Shown here piece after piece: positions 23,628 through 35,155 of a DNA stretch of 64,000 bases. The notes under the pieces are model-generated. The model made no database searches. It was given only the letters and a program-made list of their open reading frames with translations, and was not told the DNA's origin. The position numbers and the translations under genes were made by a program. The stretch lies in NCBI RefSeq assembly GCF_006345805.1, contig NC_043008.1, forward strand, positions 14,012,001-14,076,000. Direction: 5' to 3'. The DNA is from Octopus sinensis. Taxonomy: Eukaryota. Position 1 is the stretch's first letter, and every line of letters begins with the position of its first letter.

Positions 23628-23910
23628 CGATTGAGAGAACAGCACATACCATAAAAGTGACGCTGGGGTACGAATATTCGAAGCCTATTATACCCATCAT
23701 ATCTACCCGTCTGGTAAGGGTACACAAGGTCATATATGCGCATCATAGTGATTTTAAACGATATTGCAGATAAGGACTTGCTAGAATTTTCTTTAGATCG
23801 AGTAGCCCATTCTGTTCAAAAGTCGCTGAATAAAGGATGTTTAAAGATGGTAAAAGAAACATCCGTCTCCAGCAGTGAATTTTTCAAACCACAAAGTATC
23901 TTTCTAAGCA
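23628..23910 (+). mobile_element. Family E repeat, diverged single arm
   Basis: ATTGAGAGAACAGCACATACCATAAAAGTGACGCTGGGGTACGAATATTCGAAGCC... is collinear with 50114-50440. Confidence 0.75.
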
Positions 23911-23935
23911 CATGTATATTATGAACTGAACATAT

Positions 23936-23986
23936 AGCAAGCTTCTTAATCACAGCAAGCTTCTTAATCACAGCAAGCTTCTTAAT
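23936..23986. repeat. 18-bp tandem repeat x3
   Basis: AGCAAGCTTCTTAATCAC twice plus a partial third copy. Confidence 0.95.
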
Positions 23987-24576
23987 AAGAGAACCGAACT
24001 CATTTTCCTCCTCATCTAGACATAGACCCACGCGCTGGGTACTACCAATAACCAACACTGAGGTTGCACTTGAATACCATAGCAATTTCAGCATTATTCG
24101 TACTCACCATATAACCACTTTCCTATTGTGTAGCATCAACAATTTCTATCTCTGTCCCTCTCTTCTGTCTTTCTCTCTTTATCTGTGCCGTGTATTCGGT
24201 ATACTCTTATCTATATTTACATACACATGTGTGTCTGGTTGAATGTGTGTGAGTTGTGTGCGCATATATCTATGTGTGTGAGTGAGAGAGGGGTGTGCCT
24301 ATGTGTGTGTGGTTTGAATAAAATATTATATGATGTTGTATGCAATATATTAAATAAGCATATTATGTAGTTTCGCAATGAACAAGTTGTAAAAATGTCG
24401 CAGAATCTGCAGTAGATAAACGATGAAGGTGAGTCTGACATTAATTCATCTTCTTGAGATTTATGAAGGGACCTTAACTCAGCACCAGTCTGCAGATGTT
24501 GCAAAAAGTAAATCATATCCGTGTATTAGTTTATGATTATCTTTATCTGTGAGTCTCTCGTTCTCCCAACCACACA

Positions 24577-24658
<82 letters not shown>

Positions 24659-24868
24659 GTATATATATATATTTACATGAAAATAAACAAAAGACGAAGG
24701 CAGGTGGACTACAAACAAAACAATATATATTATCTATAATATATATGCAATATATATATATACATATATATATACATATACATATATACCTACATATATA
24801 TATATATTATATATACGTTTAAATATTTGTTGTGGCAAGATTTTTGATGTGAAGTTGTATTGAAACAG

Positions 24869-25277
24869 ATATTGTTGTATTTAGGAATGGTCATTTTGCC
24901 AGTTTAGCAATAAAAACACACGCACTATATATTGGGTGTTACTTTGCTTCAGTGTTATTTATATTTTACACTAATCGTAATCCTATTTCGGCCAGAGTTT
25001 CTTTCGTCACACTCCTGTGACCGCATCCAGTGGTCCTTTGTTTTCTTCTTACTTATTGGTGTCTCTCCTTTCTAACGGTTAGTAAGGAGAGACACAAATA
25101 AGTAAGAAGAAACAAAGACCACTGATGCGGTCACAGGAGTGTGACGAAAAACTCTAGCCGAAATAAGATTACGATTAATGTAAAAAATAAATAACACTGA
25201 AGCAAAGTAACACCAAATATATAGTGCGTGTGTTTTTATTGGCTAAACTGGTAAAATGACCATTCCTAAATACAACG

Positions 25278-25281
<4 letters not shown>
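24869..25281. repeat. Foldback element, about 200-bp arms, 13-nt loop
   Basis: 24869-25070 is the reverse complement of 25084-25281 with small indels. It ends in (TA)n. Confidence 0.95.
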
Positions 25282-25342
<61 letters not shown>

Positions 25343-25479
25343 ATATATATAATGCGTTCGGTGAGAGTGGTTTTGATACGGCGCCGTGATTTACAATCCT
25401 GTAAATAATAACATGGTATTTTATAAGGTTAAGCCTTATAGCGATCACCGTGCAATGATCAAGAAAATAGTCCCATAAC

Positions 25480-25572
25480 GGGGAATATAAGCCCTCGACA
25501 GAAAAAAAACAGGACTTTCTAACCACGCGGACAGGAAAGCTTTCGATTCTCTGTCGAGGGTTTATATGCCCC
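25480..25572. repeat. Short hairpin within a (TA)n-flanked insert
   Basis: GGGGAATATAAGCCCTCGACAGA ... TCTGTCGAGGGTTTATATGCCCC. Confidence 0.75.
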
Positions 25573-25605
25573 TTTATTAGAGCATTTCCCTTAGAGTATA
25601 TTATA

Positions 25606-25651
<46 letters not shown>

Positions 25652-25879
25652 ATATATATATACAAGTAAAAAATGGAGTTGAAGGAAAATGTTATTAAAT
25701 TCTTTTACTTTCGCTTCATCCGTGTTACTTGCGCGAACTTTGCTACCCTGGTAACTGTTATTGAATTTTCCATGTAACGGTACACAAAGGATAATTCATT
25801 CATCCATTTAAATATATTTATATATACATACTATATATATAATATATATATATATATATAATTATATGTATATATATAT

Positions 25880-25915
<36 letters not shown>

Positions 25916-26149
25916 ATATCAGTGTGTTTTTGTACCCACAACAACATCTCTTTTGCTTCTCTTCAAAGTAACCACCGTCCACTTCGAGATACCGAATTCC
26001 ATCCCAATGTCCTTGCTGTACAGTTGCACAGTTTCAACCACCCTCTCCATTTCAGGCTTTGTTTTTGCGAATAGTTTTAAATCATTTTTTCTCACCTCAT
26101 AATGAACGTTGACCTTGAACGTAAGACTAGAGAAAGTGCGATGAAGGTA

Positions 26150-26360
26150 GGCAACGGTCTGGCAGAATCGTTAGAACGCCGGGCAAAATGCTTAGAGGCA
26201 TTATGTGTGCCTTCACGTTCTCAGTTCAGATGCAGCCGGGATCGACATTCCAATTCATCCTTCCGGGGGGGGGGATAAAATAAATACCAGCTGAATACTG
26301 GGGTCGATGTAATTTGTTATCCTGCTCCTCCAAATGTCAGGACTTCGGCCTATATTAGAA
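26150..26360 (+). mobile_element. SINE family C, diverged monomer
   Basis: CTGGCAGAATCGTTAGAACGCCGGGCAAAATGC...TTCATCCTTCCGGGG..GATAAAATAAATACCAG. Confidence 0.7.
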
Positions 26361-26787
26361 AGGATCATTATTCTCATCATCGTAATCGTCGTCGTCGTCA
26401 TGAACATCATCACCATCATCATCATCGTCATCAACATCATCATCATAAAAATTGCTATCTATTTTCAGTGAAAGTTAGTCTCAAAATGTATTGATAGGTT
26501 GCTTAGTGCAACTGACTAAAAGAGAGGAAAGCTACCAAAACAATAAAATAAAAACTGAGACATCCTGTCGAAACTCGTCGACGTTGAAATATGTTTTTCT
26601 CAGAGAGGATGGGTGAAACAGTTTAATGTATAATGTGTAAATTCTGATGAAAAGAACAAACATGTTATGTAGCAAACTTTACACCTTCCTTCGAAAGAAT
26701 TATTTTAATGTTATTTAGCGTCATAAGTATACATATATAAATACATACATAGACATACATACATATATACATAGATATATACATAAC

Positions 26788-26833
<46 letters not shown>

Positions 26834-27192
26834 ATATATAATATATATATATAGTGTGTGTTGTGTGTGTGTGTGTGTGTGTGTGCGTATGTGTGTGTGT
26901 GGTGTGTGAGTGTGTGTGTGTGAGAGAGAGAGTGGAAATGCACAAAATACATACATGCATATATATAGGCATGTATGTATGTATTTGTGTGCATGTCTTG
27001 TGAAATATATATGCATATATATCCACTAGCTTATGCATACAAATACATATGTGTATTGATTATATATATATATATATATACATATATATATTATATATAT
27101 ATATATGATACATATACATATATTTCGTTTTGGTATTTGGTTTGCAAGATTCTTTATATGAGTTCGGGTGTTGAGAGAGTTCTTGAGAGAGT

Positions 27193-27466
27193 TCTGGAGA
27201 GAGTCATTTTCCTTTTTGTGCCTTATAATGTAACACACTCACCGGTAAAATTTCCACTTATTTCTTATTTTTATTTTCCTAAAATTTTCGTTGCGTCTTG
27301 CAACTTTTCAATAGTCTTGACTATTGAAAAGCTTGACGAGTCAAGATTATTGAAAAGGTTGCAAGACGCAACGAAAATTTTAGGCAAATAAAAATAAGAA
27401 ATAAGTGGAAATCTTACCGTGTGTGTGTTACGTTATAAGGCACGAAAAGAAAATGACTCTCCCAGA
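27193..27466. repeat. Foldback element, about 130-bp arms
   Basis: 27193-27322 pairs with 27339-27466 (e.g. CCTAAAATTTTCGTTGCGTCTTGCAAC / GTTGCAAGACGCAACGAAAATTTTAGG). Confidence 0.9.
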
Positions 27467-27989
27467 CACAACTAAATATAATATTAATAATATAATATAT
27501 ATATATACATTATATATTATATATATATATATATATATATTATATATTATTATATATATAATATTATATATATATATATATATATGGCATTTTTATATAA
27601 GTTTAAAGCTTTGTATCGTAAGCAAATAAACAAACATTGTCCTTCGAGATGTTTCAAGTGCCAATTCTTATAACATGTTGCGGAAAGGGGTATATCAACA
27701 AACAAACCAACCAGCCAGCATAGCCACGAACCAAAGCACTCCAATCAAGTCCATAACTGCTTTATTATTCCCATTTGAGACACATCTAGTTTCTAGTACT
27801 CCCTCTCTTTCTATCTCTCTCACCTTCTATTTCTTATTTCTTTTCCCCTCTTTCTTACTCTCTCTCCCTCTTTCTCTCTCTCTCTCTCTGTCATATTTAC
27901 TTTTATTACTGGATATTATTTCAGTACTTTTTGATAATTTCAGCCTGTCATTGCCTGTCTATCCTATCTCTCTCCCTCGTTCAATGTCA

Positions 27990-28029
<40 letters not shown>

Positions 28030-28085
28030 TATTATATTATATATATATTATATATATATATATATATATATTATCTATATATCTA

Positions 28086-28127
<42 letters not shown>

Positions 28128-28128
<1 letters not shown>

Positions 28129-28525
28129 GGCGCAGGAGTGGCTGTGTGGTAAGTAGCTTGCTAACCAACCACATGATTCCGGGTTCAGTCCCACTGCGAA
28201 GCATCTTGGGCAAGTGTCTTCTGCTATAGCCCCGGGCCGACCAATGCCTTGTGAGTGGATTTGGTAGACGGAAACTGAAAGAAGCTTGTCGTCTATATGT
28301 ATGTATATATGTATGTGTGTGTGAGTTTGTGTGTCCCCCTAGCATTGCTTGACAACCGATGCTGGTGTGTTTACGTCTCCGTCACTTAGCGGTTCGGCAA
28401 AAGAGACCGATAGAATAAGTACTGGGCTTACAAAGAATAAGTCCCGGGGTCGATTTTCTCGACTAAAGGCGGTGCTCCAGCATGGCCGCAGTCAAATGAC
28501 TGAAACAAGTAAAAGAGTAAAAGAG
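28128..28525 (+). mobile_element. SINE family B, full-length reference copy
   Basis: The tRNA-like head AGGCGCAGGAGTGGCTGTGTGGTAAG..GGGTTCAGTCCC is followed by a CORE-like TTGGGCAAGTGTCTT segment, the central (TA)(TG) tract and the tail ending AAGTAAAAGAGTAAAAGAG. Confidence 0.92.
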
Positions 28526-28566
<41 letters not shown>

Positions 28567-28954
28567 ATGTATGTATATAAATATATACATATATATGTAT
28601 AGGATATATATATACACACACATACGTACATAAATCCATCCATACATACAAATACACAAATATCTTTATAAGTATCGTTATTTCACTATTCATTCGTAGT
28701 TTATTTTCCATCTCTGTTTTCAATTTCTTCTTTATATCACTTCCCCGTCTCCCCAGCTACAATTTACATTTTCCCTGTTTCCTCATTAACATTTTTGAAA
28801 TTTGCTATTTTTTTCATAATAGTGTCTCTGCGTTTCTTTCTTTAAATCTCGGTTGTCTTTAACATATATACATATACATATATATAATATATATATATAT
28901 ATAGATATATATAATATATATATATATAATATATATTCTATATATCTACATATA

Positions 28955-29110
28955 ATAAATATTAGGGAATAAATCCAAATTACAGGGAAAAAATCAGATT
29001 TAGGATTAAATCGATTTTATAGTAAAATATTATAAAATATTATTCGAGACAAAACCACTATTTTGCAAAACAAACAAGGAAAGACTTAATCAATACATAA
29101 AATTTTAATA
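28955..29110 (-). mobile_element. Family D long arm
   Basis: Reverse complement of 14295-14455; flanked by (TA)n. Confidence 0.8.
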
Positions 29111-29247
29111 AATAGTCAATAAATATATACACAATATGTATATATATATATTATATATACATACGTATATATATATATGTTTGTATATATATGCATATAT
29201 ATGTATACATGTATAGAGATAGATAGATAAATAGATATAGATATATA

Positions 29248-29625
29248 CGCGCAGAAGTGCTGCGTGGTAAGTAGCTTGCTTTCCAACCACATTGTTCCGG
29301 GTTCGATTCCATTGCGTGACACCTTGGGCAAGTATCTTCTACTATAGCCTTGTGAATGGATTTGGTAAACGGAAACTGAAAGAAGCTCGTCGGATATATA
29401 TATATAATATATAGATGCATTTGTGTATATGTTTGTGTGTGCGCGTTTGTCTCTCTTAATAACCGATCTTGGTGTGTTTACGTCCCTGTAACAGCGATTC
29501 AGCGAAAGAGACTGATACAATGATTACAAAGGCTTACAAGAATAACTCCTGGGGCCGATTTTCTCCGGCTAAAGGCGATGCTCCAGTATGGCCGCATCAA
29601 ACGACTGAAACAAATAAAAGAAAAG
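29248..29625 (+). mobile_element. SINE family B
   Basis: Head, body with an internal deletion, and tail match 28128-28525. Confidence 0.85.
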
Positions 29626-30827
29626 ATATACATACATACATACATACCTACATACATACAACATATATAATTATATATATATACATATTACGAACGAATT
29701 GATATATATAAATATATATATATATATAATATATATAAATATATATATATATGTGTGTGGTGTGTGTGTGGTGTGTGCATTTGTATTCGTTCGTAATCCT
29801 GCTTCCATTTTTTTTTTGCTGCAAATATTTCTGCATTTATTTTCTTAACCTTCTTTCCATGTAATCCATTTAATTTTCCTTATGTCTTTCTAGAGTTTCT
29901 CCCCTTTCCTTCACCCTTTTTATCACAAAATACTCAACTCTTCTATCTTCTAATTCCTCTCTCCTTCTCTCACTCCTCCTCCTTCTCTTCCTTACTCTTC
30001 CTATGCACTTTTCCCGAGAATAATCTCCTCTTTCATCTCTATCTCTTCTTTTCCTCTCCCTCTCTCTCTCTTCTCATATTCTATCGCCCGTTCTTCTGCT
30101 CCCCGATTGCCGAATCCATTCTGTCCTTCTCTCTGTGCTATATTTCTCCCTTATATTCTTTAATTTTTACCCCTATTTATTTATCCCTTCATTCTTCAAT
30201 TCACTTTTCCCCCCAATATCTTCTTCTTTTATTAACGACATATTGGTTTCGTTAAAATTATTGGCAAATTTCCAATATTAAGATATTTTAATTGCATTCC
30301 GCGTGGTTTGAAAGTTTCAATATTTAAACAGAAACAACATTCGCGTCCCCACCATTGCGTTGCTTTATTACGTATGTATACGTCATTCTGTGTATCTGTG
30401 CGCATGTCTGTTTTAGTTGTTTGTATGTACGTATTATTTTTCATGTATTTTTCAATGCTTATGTTTCTGCCCGACTTTCTTCTGTCTGTTTAGTGAGCGC
30501 ATTTCTGTATACATATGTGATTGTTGTCAGATTTGTGTCGCAATGTCTTTGAATATAGCGGGTGTATGTGTTTCTGTGATTCTATAAGAGTGTATGTAGC
30601 AGATTATGTGTGCCTTGAGGGTATGTGAATAGTGTATGGCGTATGTTATGTTTTGGTATCCATGTTCAATTTTGTATGTATGTATCTGTTTGCATTTGAA
30701 GATTTTTCAATTTTTATGTTTGATTATGTATGTTTATAGGGCATTATAGAGAAGTATGAGTACGTTTACAGGTATGTGGTTTGTTCATAGTCCTATTTTG
30801 GATATTGACAGACATATTGTATGTATG

Positions 30828-30868
<41 letters not shown>

Positions 30869-31478
30869 CAGAGGCGGAGCAAAAACAAATCGAACTATGC
30901 TCCTAAGAGCCCATGGCGAAACTGTTTATCAGTGTATGTTGAGAACCGGTGTCTGAAGAATTTAACGGGTCAGGCATCGGTCAATCATGTGGGTGAGAGT
31001 GTGTAGATGTTCTTTGTGACCGAGAATAAAGTTCTGACTATTTAAGGAATATTGGATGTTTTATAAGGGGCGAGAAAAAATCTACTTAGAGACGTGTGTG
31101 TGTATACTGTTCTATATATGTGGTGTTGGTGTAGGGGTAGAAAACATTTTTTGTGTACGTGGTGTGCGTTTGATCGTTCGGCTGTCAGTGGCTACTGCAG
31201 TGAGAACCGTTGGTGGCAGAAAAAAAATATATATATTATGTTTTATGTGTGTGTGTGTTCATCTAAGCCTGCCTTGTCAAGGAAACCCCCCGTTGTGAAA
31301 AAACCAAGCCCCGTTTATCTTACAGGAGTAATTCCCCTTGCAGTGGTTAATCGTAGATATCTTAAAGGCTATTTCAGAATTTGTTACCAAGGGCTATGGG
31401 TGCCGGTATTATTTATAAACGCTATTTAAAAGCCAGATAAGTGTAACGCCGCCAATGGGGGCTTTCCAACGGATTTCC

Positions 31479-31572
31479 TATTTTCTTCCTGAAGAGAAAG
31501 ACACAATATGGTCCCATCATTCAATCGGATTTTGGTAAATTGTGCCTTTCGAAACACGTGTAGAATGAAATA
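31479..31572 (+). ncRNA. Type I hammerhead ribozyme with long stem II
   Basis: Stem I TATTTTCTTC/GAATGAAATA (9 of 10 pairs including one G.U), CTGAAGA at 31489-31495, stem II GAAAGACACAAT/ATTGTGCCTTTC (11 of 12, G-C closing pair), GAAA at 31551-31554, palindromic stem III ACACGTGT and GUA at 31560-31562. Confidence 0.88.
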
Positions 31573-31780
31573 AAACGATTTCTGTTCAATCTGCGTTCAG
31601 CTCCATTTCTTCAATTCACCAATAATATTTTAATTTCAATTATCCGCACCAACGCACGGTTGCAACACCATATGGTTGTACCTCCAACCGTGCTGTTTAC
31701 TGCTGTGATTTTTGCTACTAAGGTATCGGTTAAACTTTTGATTAATCTACTACAAGATTATTCATCTTTCTATTTCACAT

Positions 31781-31805
<25 letters not shown>

Positions 31806-31811
<6 letters not shown>

Positions 31812-32047
31812 AGGGCTTAGTAAAATAAATTACTTTGCCACATACTGAACTCATTAGAAATAGCAGCTAAAGAAATTTCTTCAGCTATTTCTAATACTTA
31901 AAGAAGATCTCTCTCAGATAGTAATTTATTTTACTAAGCCCTTATATATAATGTAATATTTTGAATTCGCCTATAATGGTCCCTTTACATACTGAACACT
32001 TGGTGAAACTGATTAATAATTAATTAATTTTACCCTCAATTGTTGAA
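31806..32047. mobile_element. Internally deleted relative of the 15066-16111 element
   Basis: Mini foldback 31806-31948 (AGGGCTTAGTAAAATAAATTACT...AGTAATTTATTTTACTAAGCCCT) followed by the reverse complement of 15439-15540. Confidence 0.85.
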
Positions 32048-32049
32048 AT

Positions 32050-32105
<56 letters not shown>

Positions 32106-32149
32106 TATATATATATATATGTATTTCCGTATATATATATATATAATAA

Positions 32150-32428
32150 TAATAATAAATATTAGGGAAATCCAAATTTACAGGGAAAATCAGATTTAGG
32201 ATTGAATCCAATTTATAGTAAAATATAATATATTATTAGAGACAAAACTACTATTATGCAAATCAAACAAAGAAAGACTTAATCCAATACATAAAAAATT
32301 TTATATAAATTAAATATAATTAATATATAAATTAATATATAAATTATATTTAATTTATATTTTAATTTTTATGTAATGTTAAGTCTTTCTTTGTTTGATT
32401 TGCATAATAGTGGTTTTGTCTCTAATAA
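32150..32428. mobile_element. Family D arms arranged as an inverted repeat
   Basis: 32232-32300 pairs with 32365-32428 across an AT-only spacer. 32150-32300 is the reverse complement of 14295-14460. Confidence 0.85.
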
Positions 32429-32431
32429 TAT

Positions 32432-32528
<97 letters not shown>

Positions 32529-32565
32529 ATATATATGCATATATATCAGTACATGTAGAATATGT

Positions 32566-32829
32566 GAAGGCGCATGGCTCAGTGGTTAGAGGGTCTAGCT
32601 TACGATCGTGAGGTTGTGAGTTCGAATCCCGGACCGGGCTGCGTGTTGTGTTCTTGAGCAAGACACTTTATTTCACGTTGCTTCCAGTTCACTCAGCTGT
32701 AGAAATGTGTTGCGACGTCACAGGTGTCAAGCTGTATCGGCCTTTGCCTTTCTCGTGGGTGACATCAGTGGCGTGGAGAGGGGAGGCCGGTTTGCATGGG
32801 CAACTGCTGGTCTTCTATAAACAACCTTG
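32566..32829 (+). mobile_element. tRNA-derived SINE, family F
   Basis: A box TGGCTCAGTGG and B box GAGTTCGAATCC, followed by TGTTCTTGAGCAAGACACTTT (CORE-like). Confidence 0.85.
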
Positions 32830-33179
32830 AGATCAGAAGCTGATTATTTTTCTCTTCAATCTCTTCCGCCATATTGAAATAAGATGTTTGTTGAACTTTC
32901 CCTGCATTATTAATATTAGGAGATAGTTGTTGGTATTTCTCATGTATTATTAAGATTAAGGAGTGGTTGTTCTTGTCTCTCCTACATTGTAGAAATCAGG
33001 AGCTGATTGTCATACTTTTCAATGCACCATCGAAATTAGAAGTGGTGTTTTTTTTTCGTCAGGAAATCAGTTGTAAAAGAAATAGAATGTTATACACTTA
33101 TGATAAGGTTCTTGTAAGATAGTTTAATTCATACGCTATCTGTGTTGTTAGGTAGGAGCTGGTTTCTATCTAAGGTAGA

Positions 33180-33358
33180 TGATGATATTACCAGACACAT
33201 CTTAAGAAAATTGCTTTGCATCCACGAGTTTCCTGGTTCATCGTGGCCACTTGGTCAAGTGCGTTCTAGAATAGATCCATCCGTATCAAAGCCTTGTGAT
33301 TGAATTTCTCATACGGAATCCTATATATGTCTCTCTACCTATCTTTCTATCTATCTTT

Positions 33359-33450
<92 letters not shown>

Positions 33451-33690
33451 ATGTGTGTGTAAATGGAGTTCTGTACCGTTTTGTCTGTTTTCCCACCCAC
33501 CACCATTTGACAATTGGTGTTAGTGTGTTGGCATCCACGTGACTTACCGACTCTGCAAAACAGCCCGATATAATAAGTACCAGGCTTAATATATGAGCAA
33601 TGGGATCGATTTATTCACCTAAACCCTCTAAGGAGAAGCCCTACATGACCGCAGTATAATGATCGAAACAAATTAAAGGAATGAAAAGAA
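33180..33690 (+). mobile_element. Old SINE family B copy with central tract replaced by (TCTA)n
   Basis: Diverged 5' half at 33180-33300, (CTAT)n at 33330-33450 and diverged tail at 33480-33690. Confidence 0.65.
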
Positions 33691-34183
33691 AAATGTATTG
33701 CTAGACCAATCCTAGTCGCTGAAAAATATCTAAATAGATACATGTTCAAAATAATGTTTATGGTATTCTTTCGTAGCAGGTCCATATATGAAAATTATGT
33801 CATCCTTTAGAGTATTTTTGTGGTAAATACTTGCTAATAGTATTTCTGAATATTATAACTCTTTTGAAAGATCAGCAAAGTATATTTAGCAGACACACGC
33901 TGTTTCTGAAATATATCAATGGTATTTATAATGATTGGTTGCCATTACTCCTCGAGCAGAGTTTATAATGTCCAACTAATTGTAACCAACAGCTGGATGT
34001 TATACGTGTAAACTTCTCACTGTTGATAACAGCAATAACGTGTGATTATAGCTATGTTCTCGACGTTGGTGTTAACAAGACCTGAATGAGTGAAATATTC
34101 TGCATAGTATTTCTCACAGAAGTGGAGTTACCATGTTATTGTGATTAAAGCTAGGTTTATATATATATATATATATATATATA

Positions 34184-34481
34184 CTAGCAGTATCGCCCGG
34201 CGTTGCTCGGGTTTATAAGGGAAATAACTATAAAAGCATTTTAGAGAGCTACTTCCCTTATATAATAGCAAAAAATGCATTAAAAATGGGAAAAAAGTAC
34301 GGTAATTTTTTTTTTTTAATCGTAGACTCATCGTAGACGCGCGCTAATACCCAGAAGGTCTCGATATGAATCACGACTATAAGATACCCGCTTTTGGTTA
34401 AACTGCACCGCAAAATGTGGGAGGAGTTAGGAATCTAAATCGTAGGAGACAGACACACAACTTCACTTTTATATATAAAGA
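34184..34481 (-). mobile_element. Non-autonomous Helitron (298 bp)
   Basis: The minus strand starts A|TC (34481) and ends CTAG|T (34184). A subterminal GC hairpin CCCGAGCAACGCCGGG (34196-34211) lies 8 nt before CTAG. There is no TSD and the insertion is in (TA)n. Confidence 0.88.
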
Positions 34482-34482
34482 T

Positions 34483-34526
<44 letters not shown>

Positions 34527-35029
34527 TGGCCTTCATTTTAATTATGACAACACTCATATATTCTTGTAGTTAATTATAGTAAGAGATCGCTTTTATAAAG
34601 CCTCTATGGTGTGTACAACAGGTGTCGCTATTAAAGCTAGCCATGTGATTTTAGGCACATGACAAGTGTCATAAGCAGCCCTCCATCTTGGTGCTATCAA
34701 TATTTAAGATATCCTTAGCACGAACCGTTTGATTTTGAATTGTCTTATTTTATTTCGCTTAAATCTGATTTCTTTCGAAATTCGCTATTCTAAATAATAA
34801 TAACCACTAGTTGATAGATTTATATAGTAATGAATATGAGAAGTAGTCTACATCTTACATTCATGCTAAATCATAGATGTTATATCTACACCTTCATGTT
34901 ATTTATAGGTTTTCGGTGTTAGAAGTTGTCTCCGTGGTATGGTATGTTCTAAATTTTGGCACAGGGCCTCCAATATTAGGGGCTGGGAGAACTGTAGTCG
35001 GTGACACCGGCCCCAGTAATTGACTGTTA

Positions 35030-35155
35030 CTAATTTTATTGACCCCCTAAAGTCTGAAAGGCAAATTCGACCTCAGAGGAATTTCAACAGAGAACATCAA
35101 TACGAACGCTAAAGAACATTTGTCAAGAGTGCAAAAGATTCTGCCAGCTCGCTGC
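35030..35155 (-). mobile_element. SINE family C fragment
   Basis: Reverse complement of the head and body, diverged. Confidence 0.6.

Noticed and set aside
24050-24180. Strong minus-strand donor ATG|GTGAGT at about 24110 as a first exon
   Set aside because: No compatible downstream exon with a convincing acceptor and frame could be identified.
30905-30960. CTAAGA-GCC-CAT-GGC-GAAAC HHR-like string
   Set aside because: The core has a deletion and there is no stem I or NUH in register.
32566-32640. tRNA gene-like heads (also 1100-1169, 4971-5040, 28128-28190)
   Set aside because: A and B boxes are present but there is no complete cloverleaf or acceptor stem, and each continues into a multi-copy SINE body.
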